Of a stretch of DNA of 64,000 nucleotides, positions 9,152 through 18,558 are shown in pieces (the stretch's first letter is position 1; each line of letters starts with the position of its first letter). Under the pieces are notes generated by a model, which did not search any database, was not told where the DNA came from, and saw nothing but the letters and a program-made list of their open reading frames with translations. Source of the DNA: an uncultured Vampirovibrionales bacterium (GTDB lineage: Bacteria; Cyanobacteriota; Vampirovibrionia; Vampirovibrionales; Vampirovibrionaceae); the NCBI GenBank assembly GCA_964387265.1, contig CAYLWC010000006.1:21272-85271 (forward strand), written 5' to 3'. Made by a program: the position numbers and the translations under genes.

Positions 9152-10255
9152 GTGAACGGATCCATGAGTATACCGCTTTATATTCTAAAACGAATTCTGA
9201 TTTCCATTCCAACCATTTTAATTGTTTCTGTCATCGGCTTTACCCTGATGCGGTATGACTTTACCTTTGGGCCGATTGACATTCCCATGGGAGGGGAAAC
9301 GGTCCGGGTGATGGACCCGATTCGCCTGAAAAACCCCATTGACCCATTGGGTTACCTACAAAACAACCCGCAAATCACCCCGACCGCATACCAGCAAGAG
9401 GTCAAACGGCTAGGGTTGGACAAGCCGTTTTATCAGCAGTACTGGCTCTGGCTGACCCATGTCCTTCAGTTTCATCCTGACGAGCTGGCGAAAGGGAATA
9501 TTCAGGGATTTTTCACACCGGACTTGGGAAAAACGTTTACGGGGAATGACGTGACCCGGATTATTGCCGATCGGGCCGGGAATACCATCCGTTTGAACCT
9601 GACGGTGATGTTCTTTTCCTGGCTGATTGCCATTCCACTGGGGATTTACGCGGCGCTACGCTGGCGTACCAATACCGATCGCCTGATGACCGCCTTGGCT
9701 GCTGTGGGGATGTCTTTTCCTTCATTTGTCCTGGCGTTGTTACTGGCGGTGGTGGTGGTCCGTACCGGTATTTTGCCCTTTGGGGGGATTCAAAGCGAAA
9801 ATTTTGCCCAGCTCAACGCCTTTGAACAATTTCTGGATTTGGCCGCCCATATGATCCTGCCAGTGATTGTCCTGACCATTGGGGGGTTGGCCAGCATTCA
9901 GCGTCAGATGCGAGGGAACCTGTTGGACGTACTGGGGGCGGAGTATGTCCGAACGGCTCGAGCCAAGGGCTTGCCGGAAAATGTGGTGATTTACAAACAT
10001 GCCGTGCGTACCGCCATTAACCCGCTGGTCACCATGATGGGCTACGAGTTTGCCGCTTTGCTTAGTGGGTCGTTGCTGGTGGAGATGGTCCTGGGCTATC
10101 CTGGCCTGGGACAGCTAATGTATACCGCGGCCATTGAAACCGACACCAATCTGGTCATGGCGTCTTTGATTATGTCGGCGGCCTTGCTGGTACTGGGGAA
10201 CTTATTGGCGGATATCTTGCTGAAAATCGTGGATCCGAGAATCGAGTTGGCGTGA
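9152..10255 (+). CDS. ABC transporter permease, OppB/DppB-like (peptide/nickel type).
   Basis: Multiple TM helices and the EAA-like loop (YVRTARAKGLPENVVIYKHAVRTAINP) characteristic of binding-protein-dependent permeases. Confidence 0.85.
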   Translation: MNGSMSIPLYILKRILISIPTILIVSVIGFTLMRYDFTFGPIDIPMGGETVRVMDPIRLKNPIDPLGYLQNNPQITPTAYQQEVKRLGLDKPFYQQYWLWLTHVLQFHPDELAKGNIQGFFTPDLGKTFTGNDVTRIIADRAGNTIRLNLTVMFFSWLIAIPLGIYAALRWRTNTDRLMTALAAVGMSFPSFVLALLLAVVVVRTGILPFGGIQSENFAQLNAFEQFLDLAAHMILPVIVLTIGGLASIQRQMRGNLLDVLGAEYVRTARAKGLPENVVIYKHAVRTAINPLVTMMGYEFAALLSGSLLVEMVLGYPGLGQLMYTAAIETDTNLVMASLIMSAALLVLGNLLADILLKIVDPRIELA

Positions 10256-11367
10256 TGGCAAAGACGGCAGTACAACATCAAATCAGTGGAACTGGGGCCT
10301 GGAAACGGCTGGCCCAAAAGATCTATAAAGATCGGGGGGCTTTTGTCGCCTTTCTGGTTCTGGCAATCTTGTATCTTTCCGTGGCTTTTGCCGGGTTTTT
10401 GGCCCCATATCCAGAGCAATGGAGTGATCGCTCTCTGGCCAGCGCCCCACCCACCCCGGTGTATCTACTTAATGAGGATGGGAGCCTGAGCTGGCCCTAT
10501 GTGTTTCGGTATGAACGTCAGTATGACCCTTCTACCTTTACCTTCCAGTACCTGCCCGTGGCGGGGGAAAAGCATTATCTCAAGTTCTTTCACCAAGGCG
10601 GGGAGTATGAGCTTTTTGGCTTCATTCCCGCCAACATTCACCTGGTCGGGGTAGAGGAGCCGGGTCGACTGTCTGTGTTAGGCAGTGACATTAATGGGCG
10701 AGATATTTTCTCGCGGTTGTTTTACGGCGGACAGATATCATTGACCATTGGCTTTTTGAGTCTGTTTATCGTCTTTCCCATTGGTCTGATTTACGGCGGG
10801 ATCTCAGGGTACTTTGGCGGCAGGATTGATAACCTGATGATGCGGGTGGCGGAAATCTTTATGTCGATCCCCACACTCTACCTGTTGATTAGCTTGGCGG
10901 CCATTATCCCTCCCGGTATATCCAGCACCATGCGCTTTGCCATGGTAGTCATTATTCTGGCCTTTGTCAGCTGGGCGGGAATGAGCCGGGTAATCCGGGG
11001 AATGGTGTTATCTATTAAGAATCAGGAGTTTGTGGAAGCTGGGCGGGCTATTGGTTTAGGGAGTATCCCTATTATCGTGCGCCATATCCTGCCGCAAACG
11101 GCCAGTTACGTGTTGGTGGCTATTACCTTGAGTGTTCCGGGCTTTATCCTGGCCGAATCGGGCTTGAGTTTCCTGGGATTGGGAATCCACCAGCCCGATG
11201 CCAGTTGGGGCAACATGCTCAAAGAGGCCCAGGATATTTCCAATATCATTAACCGTCCGCAAATGCTGGCGCCGGGATTTTTGATCTTTTTGGCCGTACT
11301 GGCGTTTAACGTTTTGGGGGACGCCGTGCGGGATGTACTGGATCCCAAAAGCTACATCCGCCGGTAA
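10252..11367 (+). CDS. ABC transporter permease, OppC/DppC-like.
   Basis: 4-bp overlap with the upstream permease. EAA-like region (EFVEAGRAIGLGSIPIIVRHILPQ). N-terminal extracytoplasmic extension typical of OppC. Confidence 0.85.
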   Translation: MMAKTAVQHQISGTGAWKRLAQKIYKDRGAFVAFLVLAILYLSVAFAGFLAPYPEQWSDRSLASAPPTPVYLLNEDGSLSWPYVFRYERQYDPSTFTFQYLPVAGEKHYLKFFHQGGEYELFGFIPANIHLVGVEEPGRLSVLGSDINGRDIFSRLFYGGQISLTIGFLSLFIVFPIGLIYGGISGYFGGRIDNLMMRVAEIFMSIPTLYLLISLAAIIPPGISSTMRFAMVVIILAFVSWAGMSRVIRGMVLSIKNQEFVEAGRAIGLGSIPIIVRHILPQTASYVLVAITLSVPGFILAESGLSFLGLGIHQPDASWGNMLKEAQDISNIINRPQMLAPGFLIFLAVLAFNVLGDAVRDVLDPKSYIRR

Positions 11368-12557
11368 TAAAAGCTTTGAAACACAGCGTTGTTATTGTTC
11401 AGCAACGTGGGCTGGGTGACAAAAGGATTGGCTGGCAGTGAAGCTACCGGATGTGCTGGATGGGTTAGGGAAGAAACCGGGGTGGGTTGTTCTTCCTTCC
11501 CGCTCTTTTCGTTGCGCCCGTTTTTTCCGTTGCGGTATCCCATGCCGGTCCGGTAGCCGGAGAATGCGAAAAACAGAGGTAAAAACGGCTTCAGGGCTTC
11601 CACACCGGCCAGTACCATGCCGGTCGCGATATCATCAAAGTGGAGAATGACATCGGCAAACTCCATTCGGCGTTTGTCTTGATGTTTGGGGCCATGATGG
11701 TTAAAGGAGGGTCCCAGCCATTTGTTCCCGATATGATTGGCCGCGGCGCCGCCCAAGCCGATCCCCGAAAAGAGCCCGGTGGCCACAATGCCGACTTTGG
11801 CCAACTTGCCCGGAAGTCCTAACGGTTGAAGTTTGTTCTTAATGACCGGTGTGTTGATAGCGGCTAACCCCAGTCCAGCCCCGATGGTGCAAACCACAAT
11901 ATTGGCCAGAATCTGAAAGAGCCCTTCTTTCATCATGGGCAGGTTTTTTCCGGCAGGTTCGTTGTTCAGCTTGTTGGCCACGGCGCCACCGACAAAGCCA
12001 CTGACCACGGAAGCCAGCCCGACCCGGAAAAAGTCTTTCATTTCATCAAAACTGTGCTTCATGCTGTCCATAAAGCCATGATGGGTGTGCCCCACCGGGA
12101 GCGCTTCAGCGATGTCTTTCTCCAGGATGCGCATGGCCTCGGCTTTGTTGGGATATTTTGCCAGCACGTCTTTTTTCATGCCGCCCAATAATTCCTGAAA
12201 TTCAGCTAGGGAGAGGGGAAGCTGTTGACGTTTTTTTTCAATCAAATCCATAATGCGGGGAGAATAACGCTGCTTGAACCGTTGGATGACATCCTCACCA
12301 ATGGTGTGAACCTCTGCCTTGATGGGCATCCACTTTCGGGTCGCCAGAATCGTACCCAGTGTGGTCGCGCCTAGAACCAGCCCGCTTCTGAGCGCATTTT
12401 TTCTTTTTTCGGTAAAGGTCTCCCCCTGAAGCGTATCTCGCATGAACAAGCCGAGTCCGGCGGCTGCCGCAACGCCCATTGCCCCTTTTCGTGCCATGGC
12501 TATGGTCGCTGGTTGGTCTATATAGTGGCCAAAGGCTCGTACGGTACTCAGGTTCAA
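11352..12557 (-). CDS. Hypothetical membrane protein (Gly/Ala-rich TM segments).
   Basis: Long ORF (401 aa) with several glycine-zipper-like hydrophobic segments and no recognisable family. Its 3' end overlaps the convergent permease gene by 16 bp. Confidence 0.45.
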   Translation of the reverse strand: MNLSTVRAFGHYIDQPATIAMARKGAMGVAAAAGLGLFMRDTLQGETFTEKRKNALRSGLVLGATTLGTILATRKWMPIKAEVHTIGEDVIQRFKQRYSPRIMDLIEKKRQQLPLSLAEFQELLGGMKKDVLAKYPNKAEAMRILEKDIAEALPVGHTHHGFMDSMKHSFDEMKDFFRVGLASVVSGFVGGAVANKLNNEPAGKNLPMMKEGLFQILANIVVCTIGAGLGLAAINTPVIKNKLQPLGLPGKLAKVGIVATGLFSGIGLGGAAANHIGNKWLGPSFNHHGPKHQDKRRMEFADVILHFDDIATGMVLAGVEALKPFLPLFFAFSGYRTGMGYRNGKNGRNEKSGKEEQPTPVSSLTHPAHPVASLPANPFVTQPTLLNNNNAVFQSFYYRRM

Positions 12558-12856
12558 AGAAAATGCTCCATGCTGACCTGGATCTGAAACAAAGCAATTT
12601 TCATGGTTTCTTATGATTGCTTGCTTGATATTAAATGATAAAAATTCTCAACTGTAAATGAGAATTATTTTCAACTAATGGTTCTGTTGATTTTTGTAAT
12701 GTTCAGAGAATATTGCGCGAGTCTTGATTATGCCGGGCCAGACGAAAACATGAGACGAAGGAAATAAATATTCTGTTTTTTTTTAGTGAATCGAAGTTTC
12801 TGTCTGTTTTGTGAATTCGCTTGCAAGATTATGCGCTTAATGGATAATAAACACTT

Positions 12857-13735
12857 ATGAAGAAGCGGTTCTTATACGAAAAAGCTCAAGAGCCAAGCGG
12901 GGCCAACCTTATTCAAGTGGGTCCGGTAGCTTTTGGCGGCGGGAATATTCCGATTATTGCCGGTCCTTGCGCTGTAGAATCGAGTGAACAGCTTTTTGAA
13001 GTGGCTGAAGTGATGGTTTCTTGTGGTGTTTCTTGCATTCGAGCTGGGGCATTCAAACCCCGGACCTCCCCTTATAGTTTTCAAGGGTTGGGGCAAGAAG
13101 GCTTAGAGCTGTTGGGGCAGGTTCGAGACAGGTTTGGCCTTGCCGTTGTCTCTGAGGTGACCAGCATCGAGCAGATCCGGCAGGCTTTGCCGTATGTGGA
13201 TTGTCTGCAGGTGGGTTCCCGAAATATGCAAAACTTTGAGCTGCTGAAGGCGTTAGGTTGTCAGGAAAAGCCTGTTTTGCTCAAGCGCGGTCTGGCTGCT
13301 ACCATTCAGGAGTTTTTGTATGCCGCAGAATACATTCTGGCAGGGGGGAATCATCAGGTGATTCTCTGCGAGCGAGGCATTCGCAGCTTTGATCCCATGA
13401 CCCGAAACGTTCTGGATATTACCAGCGTACCGCTGTTAAAGGAACTCACCCATTTGCCGGTGATTGTGGATCCCAGCCATTCCACCGGCAAACATAGCCT
13501 GGTGGGGCCTGCCGCCAAAGCCGCCGTTGCCGTGGGGGCCGATGGTCTGATTGTGGAAGCTCACCCCCGGCCCAATGAGTCGGTATCTGACGCGGAACAG
13601 GCTCTATCGCTTTCGGATTTTCAAGAACTTATTAGCGAATTGAAGCCGGTGGCCCAAGCGGTTGGGCGTACTCTCGAAGACGCCTTACCCGGAAGAGAGC
13701 CCGTTATTACCGTCCTGATGAACAACGCGGGGTAA
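12857..13735 (+). CDS. 3-deoxy-7-phosphoheptulonate (DAHP) synthase, type I-beta (KDO8PS-like fold, no regulatory extension).
   Basis: The [16 protein letters not shown] motif is diagnostic of DAHPS I-beta, where KDO8P synthase has KANRSS. Length about 290 aa. Confidence 0.8.
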   Translation: MKKRFLYEKAQEPSGANLIQVGPVAFGGGNIPIIAGPCAVESSEQLFEVAEVMVSCGVSCIRAGAFKPRTSPYSFQGLGQEGLELLGQVRDRFGLAVVSEVTSIEQIRQALPYVDCLQVGSRNMQNFELLKALGCQEKPVLLKRGLAATIQEFLYAAEYILAGGNHQVILCERGIRSFDPMTRNVLDITSVPLLKELTHLPVIVDPSHSTGKHSLVGPAAKAAVAVGADGLIVEAHPRPNESVSDAEQALSLSDFQELISELKPVAQAVGRTLEDALPGREPVITVLMNNAG

Positions 13736-13759
13736 GACCCAGTCCATTCAGTGGTGCTG

Positions 13760-14200
13760 CTAGCCGGGTTGTTTTTCCAGATGTTCGGCCAGGTTCTTGA
13801 TATGCTCTGCGGCCAGGTGGATATCTTGCTCCAATTGCTCCTGATACAGCCCTTCCACCTGTTGAGCCTCCTCGTTTTTAGCCCGCCAGTCCATGGTAAT
13901 GGTCAGGGTGGGTTGTGGTGTCGAGGGGACGATAGCGTGAATGACATCGCCCTCAAAAAAGGGATGGTTCAGCAAGGAAAAACGGACTTCCCCCAGAGAT
14001 TCATTAATGGTGATTTTTTCCTGAAGCGCCATGTCACTGGTGCGTATTTCCCGAACGGCGTATTCTTCCGTATCTTCCAGAAACTCGGTTTCCTCCACTT
14101 CGGCCATATAGCGTTCGGGATGCTCGATTTTATCCAGCAAAATTTTCCACAGCAGTTGTAGCGAGGCGTCAACCGGCGTGCTGTAGGTTGCGTAGGGCAT
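13760..14200 (-). CDS. Hypothetical protein (possible SRPBCC-like small domain).
   Basis: 146-aa acidic ORF on the same strand as downstream prs. No confident family assignment. Confidence 0.4.
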   Translation of the reverse strand: MPYATYSTPVDASLQLLWKILLDKIEHPERYMAEVEETEFLEDTEEYAVREIRTSDMALQEKITINESLGEVRFSLLNHPFFEGDVIHAIVPSTPQPTLTITMDWRAKNEEAQQVEGLYQEQLEQDIHLAAEHIKNLAEHLEKQPG

Positions 14201-14282
14201 GTTTCACCTTCTTTCGGGCTGTCTGATAAATTGGGCCTATTATACCCAAAAACCAGCGCGGAAGAGACAAGAGGATATACGC

Positions 14283-15263
14283 TTACTGGAACATTGCGCT
14301 GACAGACTGGTGATCGTGGATTCGTCCGATGGCTTCTCCAAGAACCGGCGCTACAGAAAGCTGAACAATCTTATCCACATTTTCCGCTTCTCGAGAGAGG
14401 GGGATTGAGTTGGTCACAATCACTTCGGTAAAGACGGAATTGGCAATCCGCTCTACAGCCGGGCCGGAGAAAACCGGGTGGGCTGCGGCGGCGTAAACGG
14501 CCATGGCGCCTTCATCCAGCAAGAGCTGGGCAGCGGAACACATGGTTCCTGCCGTATCAATCATGTCGTCAATGATAATGGCGGTCTTGTTCTGGACATC
14601 CCCAATCACGTTGTAGACTTCTGCCACGTTATGGGAGCTGCGGCGTTTATCAATAATGGCAATGGGGCAGTTGAGCTTTTTGGCGTAGACGCGGGCCCGT
14701 TCCACACCGCCCGCATCCGGGCTGACAACGACTGGGTTGACCAGGTTTTTCTCAGATAGATACCGTAGAATGACCGGGGTAGCGTAGAGGTGATCCACCA
14801 GGACGTTAAAGAAGCCCTGCAGCTGCCCGGTATGGAGATCCAAGGCTACGATCCGATCGGCTCCGGCGGTGGTGATTTGATCGGCCACCAGTTTAGCGGT
14901 AATCGGTTCCCGTCCAGCGGACTTTCGATCCTGTCGGGCATAGCCGTAATAGGGGATGACCGCGGTAATGGTATTGGCGCTGGCCCGTTTCATGGCATCC
15001 AGCATAATCAACAGTTCCATCAGGTTGTCATTGACCGGGGTACAAGTGGGTTGGATGACGTAAACATCGTGGCCACGGACACTTTCCTGAATCTGAACAT
15101 AGGTTTCCCCGTCGCTGAAATTTTTGACGATGGCGGGGCTGATTTCAGTCCCAAGGTACTGGGCAATTTCCTCAGCCAGTTTGGGATTGGCACGCCCGGT
15201 AAAAATTTTCACTTTACTGGTGTCATGAATGCCGCTATCTATCTCCGGATGAGGGAGATGCAT
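14283..15263 (-). CDS. prs: Ribose-phosphate pyrophosphokinase.
   Basis: KIFTGRANPKLAEEIA N-terminal motif, PRPP-binding loop (VVSPDAGGVERAR), and C-terminal domain. Start chosen at MHLPHPE, while the ORF extends to 15329. Confidence 0.85.
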   Translation of the reverse strand: MHLPHPEIDSGIHDTSKVKIFTGRANPKLAEEIAQYLGTEISPAIVKNFSDGETYVQIQESVRGHDVYVIQPTCTPVNDNLMELLIMLDAMKRASANTITAVIPYYGYARQDRKSAGREPITAKLVADQITTAGADRIVALDLHTGQLQGFFNVLVDHLYATPVILRYLSEKNLVNPVVVSPDAGGVERARVYAKKLNCPIAIIDKRRSSHNVAEVYNVIGDVQNKTAIIIDDMIDTAGTMCSAAQLLLDEGAMAVYAAAAHPVFSGPAVERIANSVFTEVIVTNSIPLSREAENVDKIVQLSVAPVLGEAIGRIHDHQSVSAMFQ

Positions 15264-15467
15264 CTCGATTGCCACCTGTTTGTCCTCCATTGTCGTCAGA
15301 AAACCCTGTTGCTGATTGCACACATTCAAGTTATCAGAAAAGTAATTTCAATGCAGTGATTCTGTGCGTTCTCACTCCATTAAAGTGTGCTCAAACAAGA
15401 TAATTCCCATGCCGGAGGCTGGAAAGGCTGAACTGTAATGTTTATTTACAAAGCGGTAAGGACTTTA

Positions 15468-16451
15468 TTACAGAAGATGGGTAGCATAGGACTGGCCATC
15501 TTCCGTCAGCGTGTACTCTGTGACGTCCGCCGTACCGGTTAAATCAGGCAGCATGGCCAGATAGCCCTGGCCGAGACAGGTTTCCAGAACACTGTGGTTC
15601 ACTGGAGTGAGCCCTGATTTTACCAGGAGTGAATTGACCCGCTTGAGCGAGAATTTGTCCACACCCTCAAAATAGGTCATATAATAGGCGGCTAAAAGCA
15701 GATAGTCGCTAGAGGTACTTGCATTGGCCCGATCAAAAAGATCTGAAAGAGAGTCGATGATACCGAAATCCACTTTATTCATATCTGATATTCCTCGACC
15801 CGATTTTGTTTTCTCAGTCATTGTGCCGAGATTAGCGGATTCTCCAAGCTCTATTTCATGGGGCAATGGCCGAGAGGCGGGTCTTTCTTCGGATGGGGAT
15901 TCCAGATCCTTCATTAAGGAATCCATGACGGCCTCAAAATCGTCTTTGACGTTTTCATCTAGCTCAGGTTGAGGCTGGGCGTAGGTCGGCAAAACTTCAG
16001 GTTGGGGCATGCTGGCGGCAACAGGTGATCCTAGAGGAGCCGCTTGTGCGTATGCAACTTCCCGCTCAGGCAAGGGGGCCGGCTTTGGCTGGCTGAACTG
16101 GGGGACAGACTCTGGCGTTGGAGGAGGGGCGGCAGTTTGAGGCGCTTGTGGCGCTTCTATTGTTTCTGACGGAGGCGCTGCCTCAACCGGTTGAGGGGGG
16201 AGCTCCTGGGTTGCAGGTTGGGTAGGCTCACTGGGTACTGGCTCTGATTTTTCCTTTCCTTCATTTTCATGGTTGTGGGCCGGATCAGAGGACTGGGCTA
16301 GGGGAAGCGTAATGGGGACATAGCTGTCATCCAGAAGGACGCGGAACCACTTGTCCATTTGCTTGGAAATAAAATAGACGTCGTCTGAAGAAAGGTTGAT
16401 ATAAAGGTCTTCCAGCCGAAGATTGATTTCATAGTGGTGGGGAGCGTCCAT
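15468..16451 (-). CDS. Hypothetical three-part protein: N-terminal ~45-aa domain, long Pro/Gln/Ala/Glu-rich disordered linker, and a C-terminal ~110-aa domain.
   Basis: Long ORF. Its N-terminal domain is paralogous to the adjacent 16495..16638 small ORF. The low-complexity linker is PQPVEAAPPSETIEAPQAPQTAAPPPTPESVPQFSQPKPAPLPE. Confidence 0.5.
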   Translation of the reverse strand: MDAPHHYEINLRLEDLYINLSSDDVYFISKQMDKWFRVLLDDSYVPITLPLAQSSDPAHNHENEGKEKSEPVPSEPTQPATQELPPQPVEAAPPSETIEAPQAPQTAAPPPTPESVPQFSQPKPAPLPEREVAYAQAAPLGSPVAASMPQPEVLPTYAQPQPELDENVKDDFEAVMDSLMKDLESPSEERPASRPLPHEIELGESANLGTMTEKTKSGRGISDMNKVDFGIIDSLSDLFDRANASTSSDYLLLAAYYMTYFEGVDKFSLKRVNSLLVKSGLTPVNHSVLETCLGQGYLAMLPDLTGTADVTEYTLTEDGQSYATHLL

Positions 16452-16494
16452 GGGGGCCTCTTCCGGTTTACAGACTCACAACGGATTCGTTTGA

Positions 16495-16638
16495 CTATTC
16501 GCGGGGTTCCTGGGTGACCAGCATATTGCGCCAGTTATCCATCTGGGTTTCAATGAACTTGGAATCGTCGCTTTTCAGTTCCAGCTCCAGGTCCCCTTTT
16601 TTCAGCTTGAAAACATATTCGCTCATGAAGGGTTTCAT
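16495..16638 (-). CDS. Small hypothetical protein (~47 aa), paralog of the N-terminal domain of the downstream 327-aa protein.
   Basis: YVFKLKKGDLELELKSDDSKFIETQMDNWRNML aligns with YEINLRLEDLYINLSSDDVYFISKQMDKWFRVLL of the neighbour (about 44% identity over 34 aa). The ORF extends to 16677. Confidence 0.4.
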   Translation of the reverse strand: MKPFMSEYVFKLKKGDLELELKSDDSKFIETQMDNWRNMLVTQEPRE

Positions 16639-16720
16639 CCTCTTTCTCTTACTCTCCAAGTGACCTGATAAGACCACCCATCAATCCATTATATGAAATT
16701 TTTGCGGAATCGGGGACAAC

Positions 16721-16756
16721 AAAAACCCCTGATACGATTTTATCAGAGGTTTTTTG
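16721..16756. terminator. Bidirectional intrinsic terminator-like hairpin.
   Basis: AAAAACCCCTGATA-cgattt-TATCAGAGGTTTTTT: a 10/11-bp stem flanked by an A-tract and a T-tract. It lies immediately 3' of the 16771..17211 minus-strand ORF. Confidence 0.5.
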
Positions 16757-16770
16757 ATTGAAAAAAGGGT

Positions 16771-17211
16771 TTAAGCGAGATAGTTCATTTGAGGGAGATA
16801 CGGATTTCCTCCCGGAAAACCACCTGGCGCCTGCGGGTAACCCGGTGCCTGGGGAATACCTGCTGGTGGTGCATATGGACTGGGCACGCCATACATGTCC
16901 ATTGGAGCACCAGCCAGATCATTGGCTCCCTGAGGTTGGGGTAAAAACTGCGGTTGTGGATATCCGGCTGGAGGCGGTGGCGGGAAGCCAGGCAACATGG
17001 CAGGGGGACCCATTGCAGGACCTTGTGGTGCAAAGCCGGGAGGCCCACCCATTTGCATTACCATGGGGTCAAATATCCCTTGCGGTGCTGGGCCTTGCGG
17101 GACCGGGGGTTGTCCATACGGAGAAGGCGGGGCAAACATCCCTTGTGGGGATCCGGGACCAAAACTGTTTGGGGCGCCAATATTCATAATTTGTTGATAC
17201 TCCTCTTTCAA
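16771..17211 (-). CDS. Pro/Gly/Gln/Ala-rich low-complexity (prion-like) protein, 146 aa.
   Basis: Repetitive PQGPAPQG / PQAPGYPQAPGGFPGG composition. Same strand as its neighbours and followed by the 16721-16756 terminator. The plus-strand alternative ORF looks random. Confidence 0.4.
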   Translation of the reverse strand: MKEEYQQIMNIGAPNSFGPGSPQGMFAPPSPYGQPPVPQGPAPQGIFDPMVMQMGGPPGFAPQGPAMGPPAMLPGFPPPPPAGYPQPQFLPQPQGANDLAGAPMDMYGVPSPYAPPAGIPQAPGYPQAPGGFPGGNPYLPQMNYLA

Positions 17212-17431
17212 AGTTCTCTGGCAATCCAGTCACATTGTTTTATTACCCAAGTAAAACACCTGCATCCGAAAAGTTGCGTTGATTCCAAACCGGGGTTTTT
17301 TTGGAGATTGGATCTTTCTTTCCTGCTGAATGCTCCGGCTTTCACGGCAAGTGCATGAGAACATGCATGCCGGACATAATGCAATCATTTCGCATTAAAA
17401 CTGTTGTAAACGTAAACTTTTCTTTGCAGGA

Positions 17432-17827
17432 TTAGCAGAGCAGGACGATTCGGGCATCCGCCTGCCGAAGCCTTTGGATCATGACCAAAATGATACGGCG
17501 CATGCCTTCCGGCAAGGAATCCAGCTGGGATTCAAAGCTTTTTCGGGAAATAGCCATGATTTCCGCCCGCTCCGAAATAATCCGGACACTGGCAGAGCGT
17601 TTGCTATCCGGGTCAAAAAGGCACATTTCACCAAAAATTTCATTGGCTCCAAGAATCGCGATGACCACTTCTTGGCCGTTGTTGTTTTTCTTGACGACCT
17701 CGACTTCCCCGCGCCTGATGATATAGGCGCAATCCCCATCTTCGCCTTCCCGCAGAACATACTGCCCCTGGCTGTATTCAATGATGTCCAGGGGAACTTT
17801 TTTAGGAGGCTGGTTTGAAGCGGTCAT
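17432..17827 (-). CDS. Cyclic nucleotide-binding domain protein (single cNMP-binding domain).
   Basis: Beta-roll with FGEMCLF...RSASVRI phosphate-binding cassette motif. 131 aa. Confidence 0.75.
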   Translation of the reverse strand: MTASNQPPKKVPLDIIEYSQGQYVLREGEDGDCAYIIRRGEVEVVKKNNNGQEVVIAILGANEIFGEMCLFDPDSKRSASVRIISERAEIMAISRKSFESQLDSLPEGMRRIILVMIQRLRQADARIVLLC

Positions 17828-18453
17828 ATCTTGCTCTCCGTAAAGCCGGGTGAGCTTGCCGGAAGCCCTTTATAGCCGGCTTGGCTCCGAACAAACGCTT
17901 CAATCTGACCTTGTTGATATTTTTCTTCCAGCAGATTCAAGCGATCGACCAACGGATAATCACCCTTGGGAATGGTGGCCAGCTTCGGGTTCCTGCGTTT
18001 CATCTCTTGCCAGAGAATGGCTTCTTGTTTCCAACCAGCGATTTCCTCCTGAATGGAGTTGTAAGGGTCGTTATGCAGGGCTTCATGGGCAATAATTGCC
18101 GCAAGCGCCTCGGGTGGGGCGTCTTCATGTCGCCGATTGATAAAAATCGCGTGATGGCCCGTGGTACTAATCCAGCTCAAGGCGTCGTAATTGCGGACAT
18201 GCTTGCTGATTTCTCGCAGATCTTTAAATAGGACCCGAATCGGTTTTTCCAGGATAATATCCAATGATTCCTGGCCTTCGGATGCTTCCAGGTGTTGAAA
18301 GGCTTTAATAATGGCGGCGTCATGGCTACTTCGATAATAAGAGGTCAGCGTATACCGATTTTGAGAAAAGGCCGGAAACGCCACCATAATGGTAGCAAGG
18401 CTCAGCAGGCATGAAACAACCAGATACTGAAACTTATTGGGAATCTTGCTCAT
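17824..18453 (-). CDS. Hypothetical secreted protein, translationally coupled to the downstream cNMP-binding gene.
   Basis: Signal-peptide-like N-terminus (LVVSCLLSLATIMVAFPAFSQ). ATGA overlap with the start of 17432..17827. Confidence 0.5.
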   Translation of the reverse strand: MSKIPNKFQYLVVSCLLSLATIMVAFPAFSQNRYTLTSYYRSSHDAAIIKAFQHLEASEGQESLDIILEKPIRVLFKDLREISKHVRNYDALSWISTTGHHAIFINRRHEDAPPEALAAIIAHEALHNDPYNSIQEEIAGWKQEAILWQEMKRRNPKLATIPKGDYPLVDRLNLLEEKYQQGQIEAFVRSQAGYKGLPASSPGFTESKI

Positions 18454-18558
18454 TTGGATACGGCTTTCAGGCTTCTTCGCTTTCAGACATTCTTAAATGT
18501 AGGTATCGGCAAGGGATCACTTTTGTTTAAATTTTACGAAGCTTTGTCGCGATTTCCA

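Noticed and set aside
12558-12856. AT-rich 300-bp leader upstream of DAHP synthase, considered as a T-box or attenuator.
   Set aside because: No specifier-loop or T-box consensus (AGGGTGGNACCGCG) and no terminator/antiterminator pair could be recognised by eye. Only short direct repeats (TCTCAACT/TTCAACTA) are visible.
16758-17189. Plus-strand 143-aa ORF overlapping the Pro/Gly/Gln-rich minus-strand ORF.
   Set aside because: The translation has no repeats or motifs. The minus-strand frame matches neighbour orientation, has periodic low-complexity composition, and is followed by a terminator. Even so, the coding status of the minus-strand frame is itself uncertain.
17300-17431. Nested hairpin (CCGGC...TGCATG-agaa-CATGCA...GCCGG) and AAACCGGGGTTT palindrome downstream of the cNMP-binding operon.
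   Set aside because: No U-tract follows on the relevant minus strand, and the loop of the second palindrome is too small. Probably incidental or a weak Rho-dependent region.
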